A DNA stretch of 64,000 bases from Octopus vulgaris (Eukaryota). Both the position numbers and the translations under genes were made by a program. A model generated the notes under the pieces. That model was not told the origin of the DNA. It made no database searches and saw only the letters and a program-made list of their open reading frames with translations. Each line of letters opens with the position of its first letter. Positions within the stretch are counted from its first letter, which is position 1. The stretch lies in NCBI GenBank assembly GCA_951406725.2, contig OX597830.1, forward strand, positions 38,750,001 through 38,814,000, read 5' to 3'. This document shows positions 1 to 13,560 of this stretch, piece after piece.

Positions 1-354
1 GCACTCTGAAACTAAAACAGAGCATGCCATATTGAGATGCATATAAACAAAAGAAATGGATGTTTACACGAATATATCCACAAAACAGATAAAACAATGA
101 AAGATGTAACACTAATGGGTAAGAGAGAGGAAGATAAGATAGATTATCCGAAGTATATTATTGGCAAAAAGGGAACGGCAGAAACATTTTTTATTTCTTG
201 CGTAATCCTTATGTATATCCTTATGTATTATCCCCTTATGTATGTTCAGAATAAAGAAATTCAATCACAGCAACAACAGCACCAAAAACAAGAATAGAGA
301 AAAGCAACAACCACTGCAGCAACAACAACGACAGCAACACAGATAATGATAATG

Positions 355-355
355 A

Positions 356-420
<65 letters not shown>

Positions 421-422
421 TC

Positions 423-480
<58 letters not shown>

Positions 481-522
481 ATAATAATAATAATAATAGT
501 AATAATAATAATAATAATAATG
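355..522. repeat. (CTA)n/(ATA)n compound microsatellite
   Basis: Direct reading of trinucleotide runs; explains the poly-L/V/I ORFs. Confidence 0.97.
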
Positions 523-2077
523 ATTTCTTATATTTTCCACCTGGACGGAGGATGAGGGGGGCGCAATACAAAAACAGATATCAAGTGTTGGGGTTTACAT
601 ATGACGGAATGCTAAACAATAATCAGTATACTCGGTACACACTAGAAGAAGAGGGGGAAACTGAAAGTGATGGAGTCCTCGTTTATCAGGATGACCTCTG
701 GAGATAATCAAGGAACCCACAACCCAAGATCAGTTTAAATACCAAGTACCCTTTCCAACTCCTTTGTTTCGACTCACAGGTCTACACTGAGAGTGGCACC
801 ATCCACTCTTGCCATTTTCGCAACTTTCACACACCTTTTCATAAATTCATAAATTCATTCATAAATTCATAACTTCATTCATAAATTCATAAATTCATTC
901 AAGGATACAACCTCGCTTTCCTTTTCGAGTAGAACTTGAAAAAGTCAACGAGAGCTTTACCAAACAGGAATATTTCTGTCCTCACTCCTTTAAGCCTCGT
1001 CCAGATGATAACCTCTTTCACCACAGCCACCTGAAAAAGCAAAACTGCCTCACCTGACCGGTTAAAGGAGGGCGGCGGGGCAATCATCATTATGGACTCG
1101 GCTGACAGACGGATTCGTCCCACACGCGACAGCAGTTGTTCGACATAACTACACCCGAGCACTGAACGAGTGCATGCAAAACAGTTTCCTCGCTCTGCGA
1201 GCACCTCTGGCAAGTCCATCTGACAGCACATCCGTGCCTTTTGAACCAGTAGCTCTGACAGGCCAAAGACACATTGAAATTGTCCATAACCGTCTCCGAC
1301 CGGAATAGAATAGTCTTGTCAGTTCGTCTCCTTAGACGCTTACGGTCCCCCCGAAGACGTCGTTGCATTTCCCTGATACTAATCCACCGATATTAATAGG
1401 ATCGATATTAATCTATCGATCCTATTGCCCGATTTGTAGAGGAAAATGAGCGCTTGATGACATTCTAAGTCGCAGGCGTACAATGTAGGCCTATCGTTTA
1501 CCTAAGAATGCAGCTCTGTCAAGTAGATGAGCTGCGGGAGGGCGTGTCTCGCAAAGCGAGCCCACACGCGTTCACCTTCTAGAAATGATTGCAGGTGGGG
1601 CAACCTGAGTGCGTATTTGCGCGTCAAAAGCCGTGGCATACCTAAGCCACCATGTAGGGGGAGTTGGAAGCTGACTGACCGCCTGACCATTGGAACGCTT
1701 CCCTTACACTAAAGAATAAACGATATACACTCCAATTTAATCAAGGAGTAACTAGGGCAAAGCACGACTGTCATGCAATAAATAATGAGAGATGCGATGT
1801 AGGCATTCGCCGCCTCTGGCCGACTATTCAGAGACAACTTCCTCACTGCTCATGTCTGCGTACACATACCTCTCTGTTCGTCGTCTCTACCCAATTCGTA
1901 TCCACCTAGTGGTCGGAAACGAACAAGACCCCGAGTATTTTAACTGGTCCCTCAGTCCAGCGTCCGACGACGCTATCCGACAGCATCTATCTGACTCTCT
2001 TGATGCCCAGTCGCAATCCCACCGACTTGCCGGCTTCGATTTTGGCCCCTGCAAGCGACTCATGCACTACTATCTCA
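523..2077 (-). mobile_element. 5'-truncated, frameshifted L1/Tx1-clade LINE (RT C-terminus, zf-RVT, 3' UTR)
   Basis: Minus-strand pieces ESLAGAKIEAGKSVGLRLG...GRWTEGPVKILGV, LPLHGGLGMP and the CCHC knuckle CQRCSQSEETVLHALVQC are typical of L1/Tx1 ORF2. ORF ends near 775 (...RVDGATLSVDL*). (AAT)n lies on both flanks. Confidence 0.8.
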
Positions 2078-2079
2078 CT

Positions 2080-2096
2080 CAATAATAATAATAATA

Positions 2097-2140
<44 letters not shown>

Positions 2141-2684
2141 GAAGACGAAGAAGAAGAAGAAAAGAAGAAGAAAAAGATGAAGAAGAAGAAGAAGAAAAAG
2201 ATGACGATGAAGAAGATGAAGATGAACGGGATGAAAAAGAAGATGAAGAAGATAAAGAAGATGAAGAAGAAGAAGATGAAGATGAAGGAGATGAAGAAGA
2301 TGACCAAGAAAATGAAGATGATGATGATGATGATGAAGATGAAAAAGAAGGTGAAAGAGATGATGATGATGAATGTATGATGATGATGATGAAAATGATG
2401 ATGAGGATGATGATGATGATGGTCATGATAAAGATGGTGATGATGATGATGGTGATGATGATGATGGGCATGATGATGATGGTGTTGATGATGATGGTGA
2501 TGATGGTGATGGTGATGATGGTGATGATGATGATGGTGATGATGATGATGATGGTGGAGGTGATGATGGTGGTGGTGGTGATAGTGGTGGTGGTGGTGGT
2601 GATGGTGGTGGTGGTGGTGGTGGTGGTGGTGATGATGATGATGATGACGACGATGATGATGACGATGACGACGACGACGACGAC
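2080..2684. repeat. Compound (AAT)/(GAT)/(GAA)/(GGT)/(GAC) trinucleotide tract
   Basis: Direct reading; source of the poly-H, poly-D and poly-M ORFs. Confidence 0.97.
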
Positions 2685-2699
2685 AAACAAATCTAAAAC

Positions 2700-3280
2700 A
2701 TAGAAACAGTGAAGGTGAAACTAATGAGTATGTTGCTCTAATAATGAACATAATCAAAGAATTGAAAGCCACAGATCTCAGTATGGACCACAGATTGTAC
2801 CTCCCCAAAATTAAAATAAATAATCAAAGAACATCAATAATAGATGGTATGAACCTAGCCGTCACTGAACTAGTAGCCACAGAAATAAATGTCAATATGA
2901 CCAGGCTAAATGATATAATATATACAGCAGCCTCTGTGACACAAAAGTAGCTGAATACCCACTAAAACCTATCCAAGCAAGAGCATCACTACCCAAACAA
3001 TCACTGTGGATAAATATTATCCAGAAAAAACATAGAAAATAACAGAAAGGATACGTCAATCCTGAATGAAAGTAGCTGACAATCAACAATACTAAGCAAG
3101 AAGAGAAGCAAAATACAACATAAATACAAAATTACAGAGCAAGTTATAACTGAGGTAAAAGAACAGCTAAAGCAACATATTCTTGCAAAAGCACAAAGAA
3201 TCAGTCATTATGAAAACCGCCAACGTTTCTTTGATCAAGCAATTCAAAACCATCCCGAAAATTTTCTACCAAAAACGTAA
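2700..3280 (+). mobile_element. R4/Dong-like non-LTR retrotransposon fragment (region N-terminal to RT)
   Basis: Degenerate translation RLYLPKIK...LNDIIYTAA...KEQLKQHILAKAQRISHYENRQRFFDQ matches the LKQ..AKA.R..RY..R pre-RT motif of this clade. Confidence 0.65.
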
Positions 3281-3295
3281 CAATATATATATATA

Positions 3296-3536
3296 GACGA
3301 AATACCTATTTCTTTACTTCCCACAAGGGGCTAAACACAGAGAGGACAACCAAGGACAGACGAACAGATTAAGTCGATTATATCGACCCCAGTGCGTAAC
3401 TGGTACTTAATTTATCGACCCCGAAAGGATGAAAGGCAAAGTCGACCTCGGCAGAATTTGAACTCAGAACGTCACAGCAGACGAAATACGGCTACGCATT
3501 TCGCCCGGCGTGCTAACGTTTCTGCCAGATCGCCGC
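3296..3536 (-). mobile_element. tRNA-derived SINE, family A
   Basis: Reverse complement of the family seen at 53806 (GGCGAGCTGGCAGAAACGTTAG A box, GAGTTCAAATTC B box, GACTTTGCCTTTCATCCTTTCGGGGTCGATAAA core). Confidence 0.9.
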
Positions 3537-3583
3537 TTTAAGCGTGACAAAATATTATAGAGATCAATGCAGCACCAACAGCA

Positions 3584-3776
3584 GTGGAGGCCCAATGGCC
3601 CAATGGTTAGGGCAGCGGACTCGCGGTCGGAAGATCGTGGTTTTGATTCCCAGACCGAGCGTTGTGTGTGATTATTGAGCGAAAACACCTAAAGCTCCAC
3701 GAGGCTCCAGCGTGGGATGGTGGCGACCCCTGTTGTACTTTTTCGCTCCAAATTTCTCTCACTCTTTCTTCCTGTT
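3584..3776 (+). mobile_element. tRNA-derived SINE, family B (5' part)
   Basis: GTGGAGGCCCAATGGCCCAATGGTTAGGGCAGCGGACTCGCGG head with A/B boxes; homologous to 45261-45551 and 39215-39445. Confidence 0.85.
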
Positions 3777-4232
3777 CCTAATCTCCGACTTCCTACGCAA
3801 CCGCTGAGACTGGATGCGCATTCACCCCTCCGTCGTTGCTCTCGGTGTCGGGGGTTGACCTGATTTCTCTTCTACAGGTCTTACAAATAGCAAAGGACCA
3901 AGTTTCGGACTTCTTCCATCTTGCGAGCTCTGGGACGAAGACCGTTCGCTCAACAGCAACAGCAGAAGAAGTGGAAGAATCTTTGAAGCAAATATGAAAA
4001 TTTAATGAAATGCTAGGAGAGCCAGAGACAATGCCTGAAGGGAAAACGGAAGGGAAAACAATCCCAATTCCAAAATCCACTGAAACATCAATAATCACGA
4101 CCAGAATAACCAGGAAACCATTTGATAGCTGAAAAGAACGGATAGTATAGAACCGTAGGCTGCAGATAGTAAGCCCGCTACGCTTGCAAGACTCCAGGAG
4201 CTCCAACAAAACCTATGATAAAGAGGAGGAGG

Positions 4233-4235
4233 ATG

Positions 4236-4266
<31 letters not shown>

Positions 4267-4281
4267 TAATAATGATAGTAA

Positions 4282-4317
<36 letters not shown>

Positions 4318-4344
4318 CAGTAGTAATTAGAAGAAGAAGAAGAA

Positions 4345-4391
<47 letters not shown>

Positions 4392-4393
4392 AG
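4233..4393. repeat. (AAT)n-(AGT)n-(AAG)n microsatellite
   Basis: Direct reading. Confidence 0.97.
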
Positions 4394-5048
4394 TTCTGTC
4401 ATTCCTTAATACTAATAAATGACACACTAGAGTACGCAATCACTTGAATTAAGTGCTACAGTTGCAACTTTTAAACAAAATCTTTCACTGCTACATGGTA
4501 GATACTCACCAGCTACGTACACATGCAGAGGATAGAGTTAATTCTATTATTGTAATGGAAGATTACATGAAACCATTGGAAATATAATAATATAATTAAG
4601 TAGAGATTATGGAAAAGAGCTTATAATCAAAGCAACCGATAAAATTAACAGTAGATTATAAGGAATTATTTTGACAGACTTTGTAATATTCAAACTTGGA
4701 GCATAAATATTACACATCTCAATATCACATGACATTTTGTCTGGCATTTTTAAGTAACATAACATTTCGTACTCGTTTCCGAGTTTAACAAGATTACCAT
4801 TCCATGAAAGGGAGAATATTTCACGTGACTGAGTTCCTAAGGTCGTAATCCTTGGGAAGAAATATTGGTTAAAATATATAGACGTGCTCGATATTATATA
4901 GAATCTGTAAGCTCACCGATGCAGTTCGTGCTATAGAACTGAAACAATGCATGAAAGAGAAGATTCGGTTGATCCAGACTTGTTCATGCTCGAAAGAATT
5001 AAGATTAGCTAGTTAAGATCTTTGCTTTCATTATTCCATATATTATAA

Positions 5049-5260
5049 GGCGGTGAGCTGGCAGAATCGTTAGCACGCCGGGAAAAATGCTTAGCGGTAT
5101 TTCGCCCGTCTTAAAGTTCTGAGTTCATATTCTGCCGAAATCGTCTTTGCATTTCCTTGTTTTGAGGTCGATGAAATAAGCACCAATCAAGTACTGGAAT
5201 CGATGCATTCGACTTACACTCGTTCCTAAAATTCCAAGCCGTGTACTATCAATATAAGGG
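5049..5260 (+). mobile_element. SINE family A, diverged copy
   Basis: GGCGGTGAGCTGGCAGAATCGTTAG head; ATTATTCCATA at 5030-5040 and 5261-5271 is a probable target-site duplication. Confidence 0.85.
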
Positions 5261-5334
5261 ATTATTCCATACAATGTGTATGTGTTGTATTTATTTATGC
5301 TTATGGTTGTTTATAGTTATGTGTATGGTATATA

Positions 5335-6947
5335 CACTGGGCGGAAATAAATATTCGTAAACGTCAAAATTGTTTATTTATTTAATTTCTAATGAACATA
5401 AATGGGATATACCAATACTATATATGCATACACATGCATAAATTAAGAATATGCAAAAGAAAATAATAAATTATAGTAACTAAGGAATTTATATTCAATT
5501 ATAAATATTTAGGCGTGAAAAAAGTATTCGTACAGAACATAAATAACTAATAATTCTGATTTAATACTTCGTAGCATAACCATTTTTCAGCTCCACTTCA
5601 ACGAATCTCTTCTTGTAGTTCTTAATCAATGACTTGCATGTTTCTTTGGGAATTTTTTCCCATTCTTCTTGACAAATTTTCTTCAAATCTGCAATGCACG
5701 TTGGGGCCCTTGAATGAATTTTAATTTTCAAATAATGCCACACATTTTCAAAGGGGTTCAAGTCAGGTGACTGGCTTGACCATTCTAATAATTTTATATT
5801 GTGATCGACAATCCATTTTTTGGTAGACGTCGCCGTGTGCTTAGGCTCGTTATCGTGTTGTAAAACCCACCCTTCACAAAGCTGGAGCTTTTCTACAGAG
5901 TCCCATAAATCATTGTTCAAAATATTTTGGTACATCTCTGCATTCCTTCTACCATCTATCACATGTACATTTCCAGTACCATTTGCATAGAAACACCCCC
6001 ACACCATGATGTTGCCACCTCCAAACTTTACGGTAGGAATTGTGTTTTTCGGCGAATAGGCGGTACCATCTTTCCTCCGAACATGGCTACGCGAATTTTG
6101 TCTAAACAATTCAATCTTCGACTCGTCTGTCCATAGAATATTTTCCCAGAATGTATCAGATTTATCTTTATGTTCATAAGCAAATTTTAAACGGGTATCT
6201 CTATGCCATTTTTCAACTGCGGAGTTTTTCTAGGAGAGCGTGATTTCAGTTCATTCCTATGAAGTTCATTGCTGATTGTACGTAGCGTAACACTAGTCCC
6301 TGAAGCTAACAAATCTACTTGCAACTTCTTTCTGGTGATCATTGCGTTTTTTCCGATTCTTCGCTTCATTTTTCTTAACGATCTAGGGGAAATCTTGCGT
6401 GGTGCACCGGATCTTATTTTATTTTCAACAGTGCCCGATTTTTATATATCTTTGAATAAATGAAGATATGGTAGAAAATGGAATACAAAGGGTCTCTGAT
6501 ATTTTCCTGTAACCTTTGCCTGCTTACCACTGTTCAATAATTAAGTTTTTCACTGAACTTGTGAGTTCTTTACTTTTCGCCATTATTACGATACTGATTT
6601 ATGTTGTCTGAATGCTGAATGAAGAAGCTAGTGTTTTGACACTTAAGAATGGCAACTGATAAGATTATTGGAACAAACGAGAAAGTTCTAGTAAAAAAAA
6701 AAAGAATTTTAACAGTATTTTGTGGCATAGAAAATCATAACTTTATTCTGTAGGAATACTTTTTTCACCCCTAATTATTTATAATTGTATATAAATTCAT
6801 TAGTTACTACAAGTTATTAGTTTCTTTTGCATATTCTTAGATAATGCATGTGCATGCATATATAGTATTGGTATATCCCATTTATGTTCATTAGAAATTA
6901 AATAAATAAAGAATTTTGAATTGTACGAATATTTATTTCCCCCAGTG
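5335..6947 (-). mobile_element. Full-length Tc1-family DNA transposon with ~200 bp IR-DR terminal inverted repeats
   Basis: TA|CACTGGG...CCCAGTG ends; 5335-5537 is the inverted repeat of 6746-6947; each TIR has outer and inner related motifs (GGAAATAAATATTCGTA / TGAAAAAAGTATTCGTA). Confidence 0.95.
5561..6583 (-). pseudogene. Tc1 transposase (DD34E), disrupted by a stop and frameshifts
   Basis: MAKSKEL...W*AGKGYRKIS HTH start, GAPRKIS, WTDESKIELF, TVKFGGGNIMVWGCF, LQHDNEPKH and SPDLNPFENVW, with 34 residues between the second D and the E. Confidence 0.95.
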
Positions 6948-8449
6948 CAAATACATAACACCATTAGCATTGCCATCACCTAGGTAAGGAAGTCCTATTT
7001 ATTTGAATTGATGAGAATTTTTTCGGGGTTTCTGACACTGATTTAGATAAACAGTTTGTGTTCAATATTGTTTATGGTGTTTTTAATGTTTTGTCCCAGA
7101 TTAAACCTGATTATATTGTGTTAAATTTAGCCATGCATTAAACATAACTAAATCGTCTTTTGCGTTATAAATATTGCACACGCAGAAGTGTACACTGGTC
7201 AGTGTCTACTTCGACTCTTAGATAGGAGGCAGTGATTTATAGGACATTTGGTTACTATTTCTAGCAGGTTGAATGACTACGTAAATGTTCTCTCATTCGC
7301 TCCGTTGAATATGCAATTTATGGAAAAGATAATCGGAATTTGTTCAACAAAATATTCTAAATTAGTTTAACTTCTCACTGGCGTTTTATGTTGCGGATAC
7401 ATTTCCTTGAAATTGCTGATAGGCTGTTATTGAATAATCCGTTTATGGTCAAGTGATATGATTAATGTTCACATATGGCTTAATATAAAGATACAAAGAT
7501 AAAGAGAAAGACTGAGAGGCAGACAATTACAAAAGTGCAAGTTCCTATATGAAGATTACTTTTATTAATGTTTGATTTATTTTACTATGTAAATGTGATT
7601 TTCGTAAATTCACTGACGACCGACATTATACATAATGGGAGACTTTCAATCGGTCTTGACCTTGAGTGTGATCAACTAAAACTCTACAGGTCACATTAGC
7701 TGGTAAGTAGCTGATTATTTCACATATACACGACCTCTTGATGGAATTCTCAAGCGGAGACGATGTAGAATAATGGGACAGAATTGGACCATTGAATTGC
7801 AAGCACAGTCCAGGAAATACAAAAATGAAAAGGGGGAAAATCGCTCGGGATTATTCGGCAAATACATTATTCATGTAGATTATAAGGATGAAAGTGTGAT
7901 TGTCAAACTACAGGCGGATGGTATCCTATCACTGGATACATATTAATGTGTAGTGGTTATATATAGTATGTACAACGCGTTGATGTGGCTGCGTGTATAT
8001 TACAATTTTTCGTATAGATATGAAGAATAAATTCAAGAACTATATATATTTACTACATAAAAAAATATTTTATTTAGTGGTCGATGATGATACATAGAAT
8101 CAAAATGTAGAATCTAGTTGAATGAAGTAATCTATGGCAGAAAGTTCAGGGATAAAAAACGTAGAATTAATAGTTAAGTGGTGGTTTTCAGTCATGTGGC
8201 GAAGAGAAATAGACGAACATAGCGATGACGTGAATGGTTCTAAGTCTAATCGACTAAGAAGCAAAGAGCAGGCTCAGCAAGCTGTTTTTATTAATGGAAC
8301 GGTAGGCATTCTAGAAACTCCAGAGAAACGCTAAGCTTCTTGAATAATTAAGAAGCCCGTCTCATGACACAGATGCTTCGATAAACTTAGAATATTGAGG
8401 TTACTCTATAATCTTGCTTGTAAGGGAGATCATTCAACTATCTAGCTAC

Positions 8450-8498
<49 letters not shown>

Positions 8499-11471
8499 AC
8501 AAATACCTGTATATTAGTTTTTATTCTTAATTTGTTGTATGTGAACCTCATTCGTCAGATATATGACGAAAGTCATTCTAACTGTGAAAACCCTGTTTTT
8601 CTTTCTTTTTTAGTGTATATATGACTATAATATTGAATACATCGTTTCCGCAGTAAAACGTAATTTTATAAAACAAATGGGATTTCGCTGACTTATATAC
8701 ATCCTAGGCCCACCAATCATATGGAGGTACAATTGTTGGTTCAACGTTGCATAACAGTGGTATTTCACGATTGTAAAGAGCGATAGTATTAAACAGTAAC
8801 TAACTTTTAGCTGACTCAAGAATCATTCAGTAAGGTAACTTTTTTTTAAAATGAAGATTCAGTTTACCATATAATAATTACTATTAAAATACACAAATTG
8901 TATAAGGAAGATTTTCTCTGTAGAAATATCTAATGGAATTTATTAGAACAATGCAGAACTGAATTCTGATTCAAACTTTAATGGTTAAACTTATGCTCCA
9001 CACTCCAAAATACAACTCGAGTCATTGTGTTTATTGGTATGAGAAACAAAGCTTTTATTGCACCAAGATCGATAATATAACAACCATGAAAGTATTAGGA
9101 CACATCAAATGTTCTTATGAAAGCAAATCTTTTATGTAGATCATGAAAAGATTATAACATTTCAGTTTCCTTGACTATCAGTCAGAGGGGGTATTTGGCT
9201 TACAACTAAATAGCAAATTTTACTGAATAATATCTAGTCTTTTGTTGTAGACCACTTGTCGCCAAGAAAGGAATATGTTATATTATTAAAGCGTATTTCA
9301 AATAGACAGCAGAAATATATATTCAATGATAAAACGTCTACTCCGTATTGGGTGTCTCGTTACTTTTCCGAAGGAGCTAATGTGATTTATTCTCAATTAA
9401 AATGTATATATAATTAAAGATTATTCAATAATAACAAGAAAATATAAAACTCTAGACATGTAAACCACTCAATCACTATTATTGTCAGTTTCCTCGGTTT
9501 TTATTTCATTTGTAGATACTTTGTCATCTGAAATACATAGGCTTTCGAAATATTTCGGTTTTAATGATGACCTTTAAAGATTGATATTGAAATGCATATC
9601 CTTGCATTTCATAAAAAAATAATGATTTGGATTTATGAATGGCCACTTGAATTACACAGTTATCAAATCCACGGCTTAAATAATAAATAAGAGTGAAGTT
9701 TTGTTACAAAAACTGTCTATTCATACAGTACTTAGAAATTATTTTGGCGTTAAACAAATTGATTTACATTCTTATACGTGTCAATTTGTCGTTTTTCCGA
9801 TACCTATTAGAGTGCGGTATGTTAATGGATGTGTATTTCTGTATGTACCTGTATACATATGTAGAAAAATATACATGGATATATGTATATATGCATGTCT
9901 ATATGTACGATATAAATACTTACAAGGAAGGAGAATGGAATCAACACAGTCATTGTCTTTAGAAGATTGTCTTCATGTCTGAATATTCTTTATATTGTAT
10001 ACTATATCCTATCAATTGTTATTTGTGTAACACGAGTACTATGTGATCAATCGCATTTATATGTATACAGAGGTTATTTAGATGCTTGTATTGTCATATA
10101 GACCCGCAGCGTTGTGTTAGTGCATATCAAATTACATTTATATATATTATTAGAGGAAATTGAACTGAAATAACACTTCAGGTCATTTAGAAATTCTTGA
10201 TCCGACGAGAATCCTCCCTTTATGGTCGATCGACTGGCTACAATTATTGACAGAAATTCCTTTGTATTACAATCTCTCAAAACCTTTAAAAATAAACAAT
10301 GAAAAATTGATTGGATAATGTAGCCTTAGATATCTATCACAAGACAAACGAATGCGATGATTACAATGCATTTGTTCCCTGGTTTATTCAATCCCACTGG
10401 ATCTTGGGTTAAACACCCACAAAAAGCGTATCATCACCATTGATGTTGCATTCGTGTTTATGGCTTTACGAGTATTGAATCAGCATACAAACTAATGCGT
10501 CATTCTCCTGTGTCTTAATACGACTGTTACACATAACCTATGAGATATTTCACCTATTCATAAGGTTATTTTAGGTCTTGTGACATCGGTCGCTGTATGT
10601 CAACATTCTAAATATCGATGCAACAATGTGCCAGGAATGTGCGTGCATATTTTTATTGCTGACGTGTACGTTGCTAAGCAAAAGCCCTTATTTTATTACT
10701 GGCGGGTATAAACGATATTGTTTCTTTTACATGTGAATAACTCCATTCCACAATTGTAACTTCCGTATTGCTTCGCCTTCAAAATAAATTAGTTATCTTT
10801 ATCGTATATCTTTGAGCTCTGAAATCCTTAAGGAAATTTGATCCGGTATCTGGCTCCTGAGCCATTTGTACTCAGTTCTAACACGGATTAAAAGTAAGGC
10901 TGTCATAAAGAGGTCTTCGCAAAAATTTATCATCGAGAAATATGTTTAAAAACCTAATTGGCTTAGATTCATCATTTATGTTAAATGAGATGTTTTGAGG
11001 TCCAACATTTCAAGCACCAAATGAGCCTCTACCGTTGCTGTCTGCATTGTATTTGCTGACATTCAACTTTATATTGGAAATATTATAACAGAAATTAAAC
11101 CATTTAGTTTATCAAATTCTAATGGCAAATGTTAAAATTAATTCTAAATGAAATTATTATAGCATTTGGTATATATATATATAGTATATATATAGAGAGA
11201 GTAAGAGTGAGAAGAGAGAGAGTAAGAGAAATGCGTCTAGCATATATGCTAATTGTAAAAGAATTGCAAACGTTTATATAAGTGTATCGGACATTAAATT
11301 GACACTGGCATTGTCTTATTTTTCTTGGACCGCTCACGCGAGAACAATTTTTGAATTTCTATAGAGATTATAAAGGAATATAGCAAAACGCCAGAAGAAA
11401 TTATTGTAACTGCACTCTTCCGATGTTGTCTTCCAATCTTGTGGATGAAATAAACTATTGCAAATTATGTA

Positions 11472-11800
11472 GGCGTGTGTCAAAGTGGTTAAGAGTATTA
11501 AGCTAACGATCTTAATGTCGTGAGTTCGATACTCGGCAGCGAGTCGTATACTTCAGCAGCATATATATTTTATTTCACTTTGCTTCAGTCCTCTCAGCTG
11601 GCAAACCTGACTTGTACATGTAATTCAAATGGCCAGCTTTGTCGCAGCACGTGTCACACTAAATCACCCCGAGAAGAGAACTACGTTCAGAGTACACCCG
11701 TCTTAGGAGGGAAAAGCCACTTACGCGTTAATTTCATTAGTTCGCTGTTCTATTCATCGCATCAGCTGGATCATTCGTCGTCGTAACCGACGGAGTATCA
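11472..11800 (+). mobile_element. tRNA-derived SINE, family C (CORE-like), diverged
   Basis: A box AAGTGGTTAAG, B box GAGTTCGATAC, then TTTATTTCACTTTGCTTCAGTC core shared with 17787 and 21770. Confidence 0.7.
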
Positions 11801-12699
11801 GTCAGTCACTCCAGTAATCTACGTTTGCGGCTAGTGCACTGCTTCCGGTTATCATTAATATAACTGATAACTTCAATGAACGCTCTCTTTGTTAAAACAA
11901 AGAAGAAATAAGATCATCTTGTATTTCGTTATAGAAAATAACTATTTTTCTCATTAATTGTGTGAACGAAGCTTTAATTTAGAACGTTAATAGTTTTCAA
12001 ATTAGACTAGTTTAACGCTATCAATATATCTAGGAAATATAAAATATTATCATCCAATTAGCTATCATTCCCTATAGTATATACACTTTCATTGTTCTTT
12101 TATTGGCAAAGGTTTCATTAAGTTTGCTAGATTCTCTAAAGTTCTGAATTTTATGTAGCATTATATGTAAAGCGGAGAGACACGGGAAAGTATTTCGTCC
12201 CCATATGTGAAAACAATTTGAAACTGACCTTCCATAAATCTAGAAACAAATGAAGATCGACAACCTAAGACGTAGAAGATTGTTGGTTCGATCTTTGGTG
12301 TGTGCTATAATAATTGATAATACCAATCAAAGTCAGACCATACTCAGAAATTATTTGAAATATTCAGACATAAGCAGAAACTTTTGACAATTTCAATGTA
12401 TATATATATATATAATCGTAATCGCAACGTTTTGCATATTTTCGATCAAGATAGTAGGAATGGATTAGCTACTCATATGTTCATTGTAAACAGAAAACTT
12501 CGCTGCTTCATCAAGAGTTTGTAACAGAAATGAAGACACAACAGTAGGTTCGTTCATATGATTCGTCCATAATCTATAATCATAATCATTAACGTAATTT
12601 TCATTCGATGGCTTTACAAATACATTCATTTCTCTCTGTTGATAAACACTTCACTTTTGTAATGGGTTCCAGCTTCCGATAATTACGTATGTATCTGCA

Positions 12700-13502
12700 A
12701 ATATATATGTGTGCATACACACACACACACACACGTATATATAAATATATATATGCATACAATAAATATACAGATACTTTACGTGTACATATATTCACAA
12801 ATACACACAGACATATAAATATATAGATTATATATATATTGACACTATATGTATATACATATATATATATGCACACACCTATATTTATGCATACCTATAT
12901 ACATACATATATATAAACGTATATATTTATATTCATGTATGTATTCATACACACATATACATATTTATACGCTTATATATATGCCCAAATATACCAATAG
13001 ATGTACACATATAATATATATGTATACATGTATATGCATATGTGTGTGTGCATGTGTGTGAGTTTCTGTGCATGTATATTTGAGTGTGTGTGTGTGAGCA
13101 TCGCTTGGAATTGAAGTAGAAATGATGTTTACTTGATTTTTAATTATTTCTCAACAATTTTATTATAATTGTTTCCAAATTGCGTAAACTTCTACACATC
13201 TCATGAACGTTACCTTCAGTTTAATTATGTAAAGATGCGTGATCAAAGTTTATTTGCTCGATTCTAAGTCATGTGTTCTCTATTGCCATGAAATAATTGC
13301 TTGGTGATAGATAAAATAATTTTAAAACTAGGATATTATATATGTAATTGGGTGCAAATGAAATTCTCTAATATTTTTCACATTTCACATTCGTCAATCA
13401 TTTCTGCCATCTCTCTATTTCTCTCTGTTTCTGTCTTTTCGCTCTCTGTTTCTCTCTCTGTGTCTCCCTCTCTGTTTCTCTCTCTCTCTCTGTTTCTCTC
13501 TC

Positions 13503-13548
<46 letters not shown>

Positions 13549-13560
13549 CGCCTCTCTCTC
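12700..13560. repeat. Degenerate (TA)/(CA) tract and (CT)n tract
   Basis: Direct reading (about 12700-13100 and 13410-13560). Confidence 0.9.

Noticed and set aside
1987-2808. 273-aa His-rich ORF and overlapping poly-D/M/S ORFs
   Set aside because: Translations of a trinucleotide tract that is open in several frames; the only complex part belongs to the adjacent LINE.
7772-7945. 57-aa ORF MGQNWTIELQAQ...LSLDTY
   Set aside because: Short, no recognisable motif and no convincing splice signals.
8540-8580. TTCGTCA..TGACGAA hairpin with CTGACGA on the minus strand
   Set aside because: No correctly placed GAAA/NUH or stem I, so not a hammerhead.
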